Part shown: piece by piece, positions 1 to 13,016 of the stretch | Layout of the letters: each line of letters opens with the position of its first letter | Numbering within the stretch: position 1 is the stretch's first letter | Assembly: GCF_006345805.1 (NCBI RefSeq) | Contig: NC_043003.1 | Span: forward strand, 84,692,001-84,756,000 | Length of the DNA stretch: 64,000 bases | Source: Octopus sinensis | Taxonomy: Eukaryota | Reading direction: 5' to 3' | Notes under the pieces: model-generated | What the model was told of the DNA's origin: nothing | What the model saw: the letters and a program-made list of their open reading frames with translations, nothing else | The model's database searches: none | Position numbers and translations under genes: made by a program

Positions 1-1153
1 TTGAAATTTTATTTAATTCTCTCGCAGGAAGGCCTATTGATTAGTGTTCTGTTATGCCTTCGAACATGCCTGACTCCTCTAGCGACAGCTGATGACGGGG
101 GTTTTGTCCTTGTGTAACCTGTCCTGTATTTGGTTTTCGTTTTTCCGTTTCTTGTTTTTTGTTTTTTGTCTTTTTCTGTTTCTACGTCTTATTGTGATGT
201 CCCGTACTTCCGTATAATTTATTTATATATGCTGTATATATCTGTAGATGTAGGTACGTACATATATTTTGTATGTATGCATATATTTTTATTTATCTCC
301 TTATTGTCTGACAGCGCCCCGCATCAGGTTCGTTCCGATTCGTCGTTTCGATCCACTTCTTGGTCCCCCTTTTTTATATTAATATTATTATATGAAGATG
401 CGGTACTCTCTCCCTTTGCTTTAACCTCTTCAATCTTTCTCCCTCCCCCTCCTCCTCTCTCTTCGCCGCGTGTCCCCCTCCTCCTTCCCTCCTCCTTCCC
501 TCTTCCTTGCCTATAAACAAATTCCTTTACACGTGTTACCACTATTGAAAAGACTGCCTCCACGCGCTGCTACTACACTTTCGGTCCTTGCCACAAAAGG
601 CTTCTTCGTCGTCCCCTTGTTGTGGGTTAATTTCCTGTATAGTATTCTTGTTATTTTCTCGTTTTGTAACTAATTGTACTTTTTGTACATGTATTTTTAT
701 TTTTGCAGTTTTAATTGTTTGTCTATGCCAGAAAAAAGGCTTTTTCGTTCGTCCTCTTGTGTTTGGTTTTTGTACATGTATTTTAATTTTGCAGTCTTAT
801 TGTTACGTCTTGTTTGTGTTCGTACTCATTGTGCCCCGCTGCTTGAAATTTTATTTTATTTAATTCTCTCGCAGGAAGGCCTATTGGATTAGTGTTCTGT
901 TATGCCTTCGAAACATGCCTGACTCCTCTAGCGACAGCTGATGACGGGGGTTTTGTCCTTGTGTAACCTGTCCTGTATTTGGTTTTCGTTTCCGTTTTCT
1001 TGTTTTTTGTTTTTTGGCTTTTTCCTGTTTCTACGTCTTTTGTGATGTCCTGTACTTCCGTAAATTATTTATATATGCATGTATATATACATGTAGATGT
1101 AGGTACGTACATATATGTGTTTGTATGTATGCATATATTTTTATTTATCTCCT
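1..1153 (+). mobile_element. Penelope-like terminal repeats (pLTR-like), about 300 bp direct repeat at 842 bp period
   Basis: 1-~300 recurs at 843-1153 at high identity. It has T-rich and pyrimidine tracts plus CGAAAC and CTGATGA motifs, the same architecture as 31499-32620. Confidence 0.6.
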
Positions 1154-1226
1154 ATATATATATATATATTATATATAATATATATAATATATATATATAA
1201 TATATATATATATATATAATATATAT

Positions 1227-1439
1227 GGAGGCACAATGGCCAGTGGTTAGGGCAGCGGTCGTAGGATCGCGGTTTCGATTCCCAGACCGGGCGTTGTGAG
1301 TGATTATTGAGCGAAAACACCTAAAAGCTCCACGAGGCTCCGGCAGGGGTGGTGATCCCTGCTGTACTCTTTCACCACTCTTTCTCCCACTCTTTCTTCT
1401 GTTGGACTGGTCGGTCACGTGATATCACGTGATCACGTG

Positions 1440-1441
<2 letters not shown>
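1227..1441 (+). mobile_element. tRNA-derived SINE family C (Arg-like head), internally deleted
   Basis: Head GGAGGCACAATGGCCAGTGGTTAGGGCAGCG...GGTTTCGATTCCC with A and B boxes. Body matches 58935-59159 and 61182-61471, and the tail repeats CACGTGAT. Confidence 0.85.
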
Positions 1442-1475
<34 letters not shown>

Positions 1476-2279
1476 ACATACATACATAATAGAATGTAGT
1501 CGCAAGAAAGAGGTAGTGAGGGAGAGTTAGCAGAAAAGGCATCAGTGAAATATACGCACATATCTTCCACTTCTCTTTCATTTATTCTTCTTTAAGCCTC
1601 CACCCTTCTCATCACTGGCATTGCTCTACAGTTGAACCATATAAACTGTCTTCAAATACTGTATCTGAAACAAGTCAATTTGGCATAGGAAATTTAAGGG
1701 TCGCATGGACACTCAACGTGCTAGAAATGGCACCCAAATCTCACCCTTCCATCTTAAGTACGTTAAAAGTCTCGTTAGTAATATAGTCCTAAATGCCCCT
1801 AAAAAGACGGGTTTGTTATGGCTGGGATACGTTTGACCATAGGTCTGCTCATTTAGAGATTAAATGGAGCTTAACAATAACATTAATGTCAACTTTTGGT
1901 AGGATTTAAATGAATCACTTCAAAGCACTGAAACGCTTGACGAACGGATAATGTTCTCGATGTTTACAGTAGTAATACATGTAACTCTATTTAGTGCCTA
2001 CTTAATAGCTTCACGAATAAAATATTTGATGTATAGGGACTATGGGTACTGTACAATGCTGGTGAAACTGATACGATTCAGTTATCTATACCTCTCTAAT
2101 TGATAAAGATAGATGATGTTTAAACTTCAGAGAGCATGCTTTAAAGGTCTGTGAATAGAAGAAATATGAAACTATTAAACTCAGAAGAACTTCCACAATC
2201 TCACAGAAACTCTATATCAGGCCCTGATTATGCCATTCAGTTATTATTTCCTATGTAATAGCATCCGTGTGAATAACAA

Positions 2280-2455
2280 CATGGTTGATTGACCTGCTAG
2301 AAATAGCAACCAAATTTCCTTTCAGTTATACCCCGTTGTGTTAAAAAAATGGAAGGATACATGATATAGTTTTAGATGCAAAATCACAATGTTTGATTAA
2401 GAGATCAACGCTAGAACGCTTTGATCGCTGATCTGCTTAATCAATGTTAACTTAC
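2280..2455 (+). repeat. Degenerate copy of short dispersed repeat family E
   Basis: GACCTGCTAGAAATAGCAACCAAAT...GCTAGAACGCTTTGATC motifs are shared with 43190-43430, 44700-44890 and 61720-61880. Confidence 0.55.
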
Positions 2456-2994
2456 GACTAATTATCCACAAAAAGCACTTTTGGAATTTATTACCGAAAA
2501 TACCCAAAATGGAAAATACACCCGGTTCCAAAACAAATACTGTTGCTGAAGCATCCAATTAAACTTCCCACCATCCGGATATGAAGACAGTACACCTGAA
2601 CATTATGTCCCGAGGATGTGGGTCAGTTATCCAAAGTAAAGGAGAACACTGATGCCCATAGTAGTTGGAGATTTCAATTTCTACATAATGTTTATAGTTA
2701 GTGGTTATAGTTCTATACTTGCATCTGTTACCGTTGACATTCTTTCATTTTTAGCCTTTTAGAATTTACTTGCTTTATTCATTAACAGCAGCTATGCTGG
2801 GGGCACCGCCATGAAGAGTTTAATGGAACCCCAGTACGTTTCTTTTATACTTATTCTATAAGTTCGTCTTTTTTTTTTTGTCTTTTGTTTTTTGCTGAAC
2901 CGTTGATTAAGGAAAAACAAGCAAACCAATACCAGTTGTCAAGCGTTAATGGACACAAATAGAGATACGTACACACACACACACACATTTTGGT

Positions 2995-3390
2995 TTTTAT
3001 CTTTTACTTGCTTCTATCTCATTAGACTGCAGCTATGCTAGGGCACGGCCTTCAAGAATTGTGATCGAACGAATCGACCCAGTTCTTTTTTTTTCTTTAA
3101 GCCTGGTATTTATTCTGTCGGTCTCTTTTGCCGAATTGCTAAGTTTCGGGGACGTAAACACCCCAACACCGGTTGTTACGTGGTGTGGGGGGGACATAGA
3201 CGCAAACACACACACATACATATGTACAAAAACACATATATACACACATTAATACACACACACACAACAGGTTTCTTTCAGTTTCTTTCTCTCAAATCCA
3301 AGCACTAAGTTCTGGTCGACCCAGGGCTCTAATAGAGGACACTTGCTCAAGATATCACGCAGGGAAATTGAATCCGAATCCACGTGGTTG
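2995..3390 (-). mobile_element. tRNA-derived SINE family A, degenerate
   Basis: Reverse complement of the family A body (CTTTCAGTTTC..., GGGACGTAAACAC...) with an internal CA tract. Confidence 0.75.
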
Positions 3391-3589
3391 CAAAGCGTGG
3401 TTCTTAATGACACTGCGTTGAAAATGTTATCAAAATATTTATGCATCAAATTGGAAAGTTGGTATTTTAGTGCAAAGAATGAAAGAGGAAAATGGGGAAA
3501 AATATGCAAAGCTCCTCTGTTCGACTCTTCACTAAAGGTTCTTAAATGGTACGCCCTGTCACACTGAGTTAATTGCATTCCGTTGGTTA

Positions 3590-3890
3590 TGATGATGTGG
3601 GTTCCAGTTGATCACATCAACGGAACAGCCTGCTCGTGAAATTAACGTGCAAGTGGCTGAGCACTCCACAAACATGTGTTCTCAATGTAGTTCTCAGGGA
3701 GATTCAGCGTGACATAGAGTGTGACAACGCTGGCCCTTTCAAATACAAGTATTATTAATTTTTGCCAGCTGAGTGGACTGGAGCAACGTGAAATAAAGTG
3801 TTTTGCTCAAGGACATCACGATGCCGGGATCTGAACTCGCGACCTTACGATTGTAAGCTGAATATCCTAACCACTAGGCCACGTACCTTC
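3590..3890 (-). mobile_element. tRNA-derived SINE family D
   Basis: Minus strand reads GTGGCCTAGTGGTTAGG...GAGTTCAGATCCCGG (A and B boxes), then GTCCTTGAGCAAAACACTTTATTTCACGTTGCTCCAGTCCACTCAGC. A head fragment of the same family lies at ~4850-4985. Confidence 0.75.
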
Positions 3891-4021
3891 ATCACATTGA
3901 TTTATTGATCAAATAAAGGAAAAAGTGCTTAGTTCTTTTCCATAATTTAAATTATTTGAGTTTATAGACTTTTATACAATACCTCTTTTGAAAAGTATCT
4001 TACTTTTAATTCATATACAGA

Positions 4022-4265
4022 GCGCAGGCGTGGTAAGAGGTTTGCGACCCAATCATATGGTTCCGGGTTCAGTCTCACAGTGTGGTGTCCCAATCCGACA
4101 AAAGCCTTGTGGGAAGATTTGATACACGGAAACTTAATGAAACCTGTCGTGTGTGTATGTGTGTGTATATATATATATATATTACGCATGTGCGTGTGTG
4201 TGTATGTGTGTGCGCGTGCGTTTGTATGTGTACGTGTGTGTATGAGTGTATGTGTGTGTGTGTGT

Positions 4266-4310
<45 letters not shown>

Positions 4311-4497
4311 TCCTCCACCACCGTTTAACAACCGGTGTTGATTTACTTACGCCCACCACCACCACCACCCCGCAACCTTCCGATTCGGCAAAAGAGAGCA
4401 ATAGAATAAGTACAGATTTTAAAAGAATAAGTACTGGAGTCGATCCATGCTCAAACATGGCCGCAGTCCAGTGAATGAAACAAGTAAAAGATAAGAG
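4022..4497 (+). mobile_element. tRNA-derived SINE family A with expanded internal (TA)/(TG) tract
   Basis: GCGCAGGCGTGGTAAG...GGTTCCGGGTTCAGTC head, conserved body and GAAACAAGTAAAAGA tail. Confidence 0.85.
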
Positions 4498-5421
4498 AGC
4501 GCACCAAAACATTTTTATTTGCTCTGAAGAGAAGTACGAATAAAAGAAGTCTGAGAACCATTGTTTTGTGTTATTGTTCGAAGTACAGATATCAAAGAGC
4601 AAACCTTGATAAGTGTCCAATTTCCTTTTCTTTCTATTTTTTGTTTTATTTTTTTATTTATTTTATTATCATTGTTACTATTTGCCTAAATGCTTGAAAA
4701 TATAACCAAACCATCGCTGTCACTTTCAAGGTTCGTATGTGCAACGCTTTCACTGATTGTTTTAGGTGCCTGCGTAGTCGCAGACTGATATAAATACACT
4801 TCGGATTTCTCTACCTTTGACTCAGTAGAATAGCAGGTCTGCGGAAGCCATGGGCTGGTACTCTTCTACAGCTAAGTTGACTGGAGCAATATGAAATGAA
4901 GTGTTTTGCTCAAGGAGGTAACGCACCACCTGATCCACAAATCGAACCTGCAATCTAACCAAACACTATGCCACACATCTTCGAAGCATACAAGACCATA
5001 CATCTTCGAAACATACAGACAAAAGACTTATTAACTGACAAGTATACATACATACATACATACATACATACATACATGCATACATACATACATACATACA
5101 TACATACATACATACATACATACATAGAAGAGAATTCATGAAACTAGGGGTCGGGAACATTGTAGCCAATTATCCCAAATTATATGTATTAATGCCGACG
5201 TTACCCACTTGATTTGAAAGGAAGAAAATCATAGATTCTTTGAATTTACAAAGTTTATTGAATCTGTTATGGAGAATATAATTATAATGTAAAAAGGCAT
5301 CGGGGGCTGGGGGGCGCGGAGCATAACCTGCGCGCAGATATTTTTTTTTGCAAATTATAGTTTAGCTTACAATGCGTTGCTTACCCATGCTTTTTAATTG
5401 AGCTGAATTAATTTCTTTCTA

Positions 5422-6085
5422 TTTTTTTTAAGTATCCTCATCATAGGTATTTATACTCTGGTGAAATTAAGAAATCAACTCGTAAATAAACGAAACCTTC
5501 GAATCCATCGCTGTACACACACATACAGAGTCGCATATCTATGTATTTATGCATGCATGTATGTACTTATGCATGTATGTATGTATGTATGTATGTATGT
5601 ATGTATGTATGTATGTATGTATGTATGTATGTATGTATGTATGTATGTATTTATGTATGTATGTATGTATGTATGTATGTATGTATGTATGTATGTATGT
5701 ATGCATATGTATGTACCCACACGTTTCTACACGCGTAGGTACACCATGATTTATACAAACGCAGACGAGGGTCGATTCATATGAAAAAAAAGTGAACAAA
5801 ATAATATGACCACTTGCATATCGGGGAATTTGTAAGTTCGATTTAAAAAGAATTTTTTTTAAGTATCACCATTATAAGTATTTATACGCCGGTAAAATTA
5901 AGAAATCATGTAAATAAACGAACCTGGGATCCATCATTGTACACATACACACACACACACACATACACACGCGCACACAGTCGCATGTATGTATGTATGT
6001 ATGTATGTATGTATGTATGTATGTATGTATGTATGTATGTATGTATGTATGCATGCATGTATGTATGTATTTTTGTATGTATGTA
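5422..6085. repeat. Diverged local tandem duplication, about 430 bp period, each unit ending in (TATG)n
   Basis: TTTTTTTAAGTATC...TAAGAAATCA...GTAAATAAACGAA...GATCCATC...TGTACAC occurs at ~5422 and ~5853. Confidence 0.75.
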
Positions 6086-6769
6086 TTATTCTGTAATATC
6101 CTCATTATGAAACAGAAGTATTTTTCTAGAAACTTTTTCACTTCAGGTTTTGGAAAAACGTTGTGGTTTCACTTTTGTTACAATTACTTCAGAGAAATTT
6201 GGATACAGTCTTCGGTGTCCAATCGATTACCCTGCTTTGTTTTTATGTTCATCAGAGTAAAAAATCATTGTATGCAAAGGTAGGTTGCTGCAAAAGGCAG
6301 CAACTTGTTGACTGCCTTCTCATGCCAAAAGAAAATTTTCGGTCGTAATAAGGAACACGTTTATATATATATATACACACACACACATATATATATATAT
6401 ACATACATACATATATATATATATAATATATATAGATATATATATATATAGATATATATATAATATATATATATATATACATATGTATATATCTATATAT
6501 CTATATATATATCTATATATTATATATATATATAATTTTACTTATGTCTAATGAGTCCTCATTACCCTCAAGAATTTCATTTTTACCCCCACTTGGGGTA
6601 ATTTACTCCGGTTCGTCGACCTGTGCCCAAATATATTTTCAGTCTTGTTTAAGAATCGCCAAGTATCAGCTAGGCATTGGAAAGGACAGCAGGTGCAAAG
6701 TTATCAAAAGTATTTTGAAGAAAATGTTAAACTGTAATCTAATGATATTTATTGTGTTAAATAGGGTGG

Positions 6770-6980
6770 TGAATTGACATAATCGTGAGCAGACTGAGCA
6801 AAATGCTTAGCGGCATTCCTTCGTCTTTACGTTCTGAGTTCAAATTCTGTCAAGGATGACTTTGCCTGGCACCCCTTTCGGGGGTCAGTGTAAAAAGGTA
6901 CCAGTTGAGTAATGGGATCTATGTAATCGACTTATCCCCTTTCTTGAAATTACTGGCCTTGTGCCAAAATTTGAAAACCA
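6770..6980 (+). mobile_element. tRNA-derived SINE family B (Nin-domain-like), degenerate
   Basis: TTACGTTCTGAGTTCAAATTC...ACTTTGCC...CCTTTCGGGG...TACCAGTT, similar to 48267-48499. Confidence 0.75.
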
Positions 6981-7217
6981 ATATATATGGTGCTAAGTGA
7001 CAATTACTTCTGATCATGAGGTTTTCACAAGACACAGAAATAAAATTCGGACAAGAAAACTATTTGACTTTTGTAGTTATTTTGTAATAAACACTAAGAC
7101 AACTACTGGTGTCAGCGCTCTATCTATTTGCCCTACCCACAACATGAGAGTATCACATGCTTCAGAGTGCATATAGATTGTCGGCACAGTAATTCACAGA
7201 AGATTGACGCAAAACTT

Positions 7218-7610
7218 CAGGAGTGGCTGTGTGGTAAGTAGCTTGTTTACCAACCACATGGTTCCGGGTTCAGTCCCACTGCGTGGCATCTTGGGCAAGT
7301 GTCTTCTACTATAGCCTCGGGCCGACCAAAGCCCTGTGAGTGGATTTGGTAGACGGAAACGGAAAGAAGCCCGTCGTATATATGTATATATGTGTATATG
7401 AGTGTGTATGTGTCTGTGTTTGTCCCCCTAGCATTGCTTGACAACCGATGCTGGTGTGTTTATGTCCCCGTTACTTAGCGGTTCGGCAAAAGAGACCGAT
7501 AGAATAAGTACTGGGCTTACAAAAGAATAAGTCCCGGGATCGAGTTGCTCGATTAAAGGCGGTGCTCCAGCATGGCCGCAGTCAAATGACTGAAACAAGT
7601 AAAAGGGTAA
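7218..7610 (+). mobile_element. tRNA-derived SINE family A, near full length
   Basis: CAGGAGTGGCTGTGTGGTAAG (A box) and GGTTCCGGGTTCAGTCCC (B box), conserved body, tail GGCGGTGCTCCAGCATGGCCGCAG...GTAAAA. Confidence 0.92.
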
Positions 7611-7853
7611 ACCTTTAAATGTTTATTACTAGTCGCTGACCTCTTCGTAATACGTCAATATTCATGTTGCAGCAAGTCTCCATACGATTGTTCTACGTGC
7701 TATATTTAGCGGCTAGACCTCCCTGAGCTCCTGTCTTACCATCTTAAAATGAATAAATATACCGTAAACGTATTTTTAAATATAATATTTCATAACTGGT
7801 TTCATCCAGAGGTTATAGTCATGATGGGGCACTGTCATTAAAATAAAACGTTG

Positions 7854-7930
7854 TGGAAGGGGGCTGGTGATTAAAAAGCCGAGGTCCTTCTACATGTAAA
7901 GGGAAAGCTCTACCGCTGAACTACGTCCCC
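7854..7930 (-). pseudogene. tRNA pseudogene, tRNA-Ala-like with anticodon position reading TAC
   Basis: Minus strand is GGGGACGTAGTTCAGCGGTAGAGC...TTTACATGTA...CCCCTTCCA. The D arm is Ala-like; the T loop/B box and acceptor stem are degenerate. Confidence 0.55.
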
Positions 7931-8889
7931 GACAGATAGATACATCCCACTAAGATATGTAAAAAAAAAAAAAATAATAATAATAATGATAAATAATTTT
8001 TAAAAAACCAGAAAACACTTGCCGGAACATGGGTTGAATGATGTAAGTTTATCGCAGAGAAATATTTTTTCCAGCACTTTTTAAATGCCAAAAGAGAGCA
8101 ACGAAAGGAACTCCAAAAGGTGAGTTTTGCTCCGGATATAATCACATAAATACAATCAAACAGCAACATTTACATAAAAATACGAAGCCCCCCCCCCCCC
8201 ATGTGGTCGCTCAAACTCATAGAAATAGCCTTCTCATTCAAATCATTTCTTACTGTCTTGAAAAAAAGAAAATAGACTCGTGTACAGACCCGTTGCCAGA
8301 CATTGGTGCCTGGGGGTGCTTCAGAATATGCTGGGGTGGGGGGTGGCACTAATTTGTAATAATGCTAAAAATGGAGTTCGAAATAAGTGTGTCACTGTAA
8401 ATCTAATGGTGTACCATTGAATAGTGATGGCGAATTGCCGTCCAATGCGTCCCTTTAGCGATGGGCTTACTTGTATATCAACGATCACGTTGACCTGACT
8501 ACATCTTAGGTTAAAAAAAGCGCGACACGGTCACAGCTTCAATACTTTGATCATTAGTCAACCGAGTCAGGACTAGTCTGGTTTGAAACAACAGCGCCAA
8601 AGAAAGAAATATTTCAGAAATAATAACAGTAAATACATAGTTGTCATCTGGATTATCTCCCTTTCCAGTGTCACACAATTGCTCAGAATATATACTCGTG
8701 ATACATTAGACATGAAAATAAACCTGTTCATAAATAAATAGATATATAACTAAATAAACGATGATAGATAGTCGAAATACTGCAATAGAGTAACGGCCTA
8801 CAAAATATCGTTCATGAAACTAGAAGAATTATCGTCACACGACATTCGCGTCAATATACTTAAATTTTTTAAATACTCATACTCATATA

Positions 8890-9334
8890 GGCGCAGGAGT
8901 GGCTGTGTGGTAAGTAGCTTGCTTACCAACCACATGGTTCCGGGTTCAGTCCCACTGCGTGGCATCTTGGGCAAGTGTCTTCTGCTATAGCCTCGGGCCG
9001 ACCAATGCTTTGTGAGTGGATTTGGTAGACGGAACTGAAATAAGCCTGTCGGATATATGTATATATATATATATATATAATATATATATATTATATATAT
9101 ATATATTATATATATATATATATATATATGCGTGTGTGTGTTTGTGTGTCTGTTTGTCCCCCTAGCAACCGATGCTGGTGTGTTTATGTCCTCGTAACTT
9201 AGACATGAAAGAGACCGATAGAATAAGTACTGGGCTTACAAAGAATAAGTCCCGGGGTCGAGTTGCTCGATTAAAGGCGGTGCTCCAGCATGGCCGCAGT
9301 CAAATGACTGAAACAAGTAAAAGAGTAAAAGAGT
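8890..9334 (+). mobile_element. tRNA-derived SINE family A
   Basis: GGCGCAGGAGTGGCTGTGTGG head, long internal (TA)n tract and (GAGTAAAA) tail repeats. Confidence 0.92.
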
Positions 9335-9817
9335 ATATGCAGCACATTAAATCACTGTTACAAGATTCTAAAAACTCTAACTAGTGATGTTGTCGCTACT
9401 TCTGTTGCCATGCCATGAATGTGTTGTTCTTAAAACGAATGCTAAAGGTATCCTAGACTGGTATACAGTAACAAGCGTCGAAGAAAACTTCCTGGCAGGC
9501 TGAGTTCGTTGGCCTTCGAATAAGAAGACCAAGCCTTGGGCATTTGGTGGCAACGGGAGAATGGAAAGGATGAAGAGGAAAGAAAGAGAAATGATGGAAG
9601 ATAATTATGTTGTAAGAAATAGAAAGATAAAGAGAAAGAGAAATAAATCACCACAAACGAAGCTAGAAAGAAAAGAAAAAAGAATGGCTGGAAAATTCAA
9701 CGCTTTAAATGAGGACGAAGAAGAACGACAGGGTAGTAAAACTGAAATTGAGGACCGTTAATATAGAAAAGAGGCGCCAACGACATCCAACAGAAAGGGA
9801 AAGAAAAGGAGTAGGTG

Positions 9818-9866
9818 GAAGAAGAAGAAGAAGAAGAAGAAGAAGAAGAAGAAGAAGAAGAAGAAG

Positions 9867-9898
<32 letters not shown>

Positions 9899-9905
9899 GA
9901 AGAGG
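9818..9905 (+). repeat. (GAA)n microsatellite
   Basis: Near-perfect GAA run seen directly. Confidence 0.98.
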
Positions 9906-10026
9906 ATGACGATGAGAAGGAAGAGGGGGAAATATACTGGTATAATCTTTCTCGGATATACTGCGGATGATAAGAATAAATATGCAAATATTTATTCACT
10001 ATAGATGTTGCGAACTAAGTTACTTG

Positions 10027-10290
10027 GTAACTGAAGTGGGCTGCCAGGCTTTTGTAGGGCGTTCATTCTACAAAGCTTTGACTGGGCTCGGAGTTATTGG
10101 TGCAGCAAAGAGGAGATCCATAAAATGCCATTACTGAAACTGCAGAGAAAACCACTGGGTATCTTTGAATAAAGAGGGGAGACACCAGTGGTTGGCTGCT
10201 ACGAGGATGCTAGCCAGACTTGATCAGCCTCAGCTTATGAGGGGTTTGACGTTGAAAGTCCCGAAAACTCACTGAAAATGACTCAACCCA
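10027..10290 (+). mobile_element. HERO-like non-LTR retrotransposon 3' end (restriction-like endonuclease C-terminus), frameshifted
   Basis: Translates to EVGCQAFVGRSFYKALTGLGVIGAAKRRSIK / AITETAEKTTGYL*IKRGD, which I recognise as the HERO-type C-terminus. It is followed by a 3' UTR with GTTGAAAGTCCCGAAA. Confidence 0.7.
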
Positions 10291-10674
10291 GATCTGCGAT
10301 ATATCTTGAAACTAAACTAAATTGATTTCAAATTTTGACACAAGGAAAACAATTTCGGGGGAGAGGTAAGCCGATTACATTGACCCCAGGACTGAGGTAG
10401 AGCTTATTTTATCGACTCCCCAAAGGATGAGAGCAAAATCAACCTCAGATGAAATACCGCTGAGCATCTCGCTCGGCATGCTGATGATTCTGCCTGCTCA
10501 CCACTTTATGTTGCAAACTCAATTATACTCAAAGAAACGTTTGAACTACGTCTTAGTTGATAGCTTACCCGAATAAAATTCGAGATCACGGTACTGCACT
10601 TGCTTATCTCATAATCTGTTCTTATGTTTGATAATTACGAGATTCCATCACACATTGACTTTATATATTCTTTT

Positions 10675-11032
10675 TTACTCTAGGCACAAGGCCCAACATT
10701 TTTGGGAGGGTGTCAGTCGATCATATCGACCCCAGTACGTAACCGGTGCTTAATCTATCGACCCCGAAAGGATGAAAGGCAAAATCGACCTCGGCGGAAT
10801 TTGAACTCAGAACGTGAAGACATGAAATACCTATTTCTTTACTACCCACAAGGGGCTAAACACAGAAGGGACAAACAAGGACAGACAAACGGATTAAGTC
10901 GATTATATCGACCCTGAAAGGATGAAAGGCAAAGTCGACCTCGGCAGAATTTGAACTCAGAACGTAGCGGCAGACGAAATACTGCTAAGCATTTCGCCCG
11001 GCGTGCTAACGTTTCTGCCAGCTCGCCGCCTT
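10675..11032 (-). mobile_element. SINE family B head-to-tail dimer
   Basis: A full tRNA head (AAGGCGGCGAGCTGGCAGAAACGTTAGC) is followed by two cores joined at GGGTAGTAAAGAAATAGGTATTTC. Confidence 0.9.
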
Positions 11033-11149
11033 ACATTGACTGTATATATTCATCTACACATTACGCCTGTATGTTATGTTATAGCAAAGAGGATACTATT
11101 ATTTCTGTTACTAATCTGGCCGCACATTTATCTTAATATTTCTTTAATG

Positions 11150-11362
11150 GTTAAGATAGCGATTTGGTAGACTCGTTAATACGCCGGCAAAATGCTTAAC
11201 AGCATTTCGTCTATCTTTACGTTTTGAGTTCAAATTCCGCCGAGGTCGATTTTGCCTTTCATCCTTTCGTGGTCGATAAAATAACTACTTGTTGAGTACT
11301 GGGGTCGATGCAATTGACTGACCCCCTCCTCTGAAATGGCTGACTTTGTGTCAAATTTGAAA
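11150..11362 (+). mobile_element. SINE family B
   Basis: GAGTTCAAATTCCGCCGAGGTCGATTTTGCCTTTCATCCTTTCG core, oriented opposite to the adjacent dimer. Confidence 0.85.
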
Positions 11363-12579
11363 TCAATATTTCTTTTATGATTTCGTCGGAAGGGAAAAGG
11401 CAGCACTTCTGTTCTTTTACAGAGATCCCTGGGCTGTGGGAAAGAAGGGATCTGACTGTAGAGTAGACTCGGAAAAAGATATCCAAGATGGTGATGTTAT
11501 GGGTTTGCATAGAACTCTTCAGTTTTGTGCTCGAAACATCAGATAAATAAAATAAATATATAAATAAGATAAATAAATAAATAAATGAGTATAGAGATAC
11601 AGTTGGTAATGCTGCTCCTAATACGAATGCTGAGTTTATCCTATACAGGAAGAACAACAGGTGTTAAAGAAAATGACTTCCTTTAATTACATATAAGAGA
11701 GAAAACAGGCCGTATTCATTGGCTCGGAGACTAAGCGTAGGGCATTTGATGACAACGGGAAAACTAAAAGGAAGAAAAAGCTGAAGGTAAACAGAAAAGC
11801 AATATTGGATGCCCTCACTTAAAGGCTACCGCAGTAGCCGAAGAACCGATCCAATAAAGTGTTTATGTCTGAGGTAGGCTGGTGAGGTGTAGATCTATCA
11901 TCTTATGATCATCGACGCCTGTAGGCACTGTACATAAAAAAAAGCGGACTGTCATTGTAATTTTTCAATTAGCCGTGTCGTTTCTAACTTTAAGAAGTTC
12001 TGCTTCTTAAGATTGGTAAAGAGGCAATTAGTTTCATGACCAAGTGCTTCAATGATTACACTTATTAATCTTAAGTAAAATCGGAAGATTTCTAATCAGC
12101 TCGCCATAGACGTCTTCTTTTATCTTTAACATTACGGTAACATCTGTTGGGTAAGCGAGTTCTACTACCGCGTACAAATTAATGTATGTATGTATGAATG
12201 CATGTGTGTATGCAGATATGTAATTATGTATATATTTATGTATGCATGTTCTTTTTGTTGTTGTTTTTCAAATTTTACATTAAGACATAAAGAGCCTGTC
12301 ATCACCTCAGAAACAAGCCTCTTTTATTAGAACATAGCATCAACTCAGAAGTCGTGTATGTATTTTCTTTAAGATTTATTTTAAAGTTCTTGGCATACTC
12401 CAAGCTAGTAACTAGCTAACAAAGTGTTTTTGTTTGCATCAAGACAGTTCTAGAGATTGGTAAATATTTGAATGCGAGTTAATATGTGCATATCTGCGGA
12501 CGTATGCATGAATGGGCTTACATATTTGTATTGAGTGTACGTATCTCAAGTATGTATGGTTGTTATTGTGTGTGCGTGA

Positions 12580-12666
<87 letters not shown>

Positions 12667-12947
12667 TGTGTGTCTGTCTGTACCATGTGCACATTTGGGA
12701 TTTTGTGTAAAGGCTCATTCAAGGGGAACTGAAATTGAGAATCTTTGTAATGTTTTACAAATCGTCGCTGGACTACGAATCGATTAGATTTGGAAGATTC
12801 CAGTCGGTTTATGTATGTATGTATGTATGTATGTGTATGTATGTATGTATGTATGTATGTATGTATGTATGTATGTATGTATGTATGCATGAACGTATTA
12901 ATGTATATATGTATGCATGAATGAATGTATGTATGTATGTATGTATG

Positions 12948-13016
<69 letters not shown>

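Noticed and set aside
130-892. Hydrophobic ORFs of 60-128 aa
   Set aside because: They are translations of T-rich PLE-like terminal repeats and have no domain signature.
9709-9999. Poly-Arg and poly-Ser ORFs
   Set aside because: They are produced by the (GAA)n tract.
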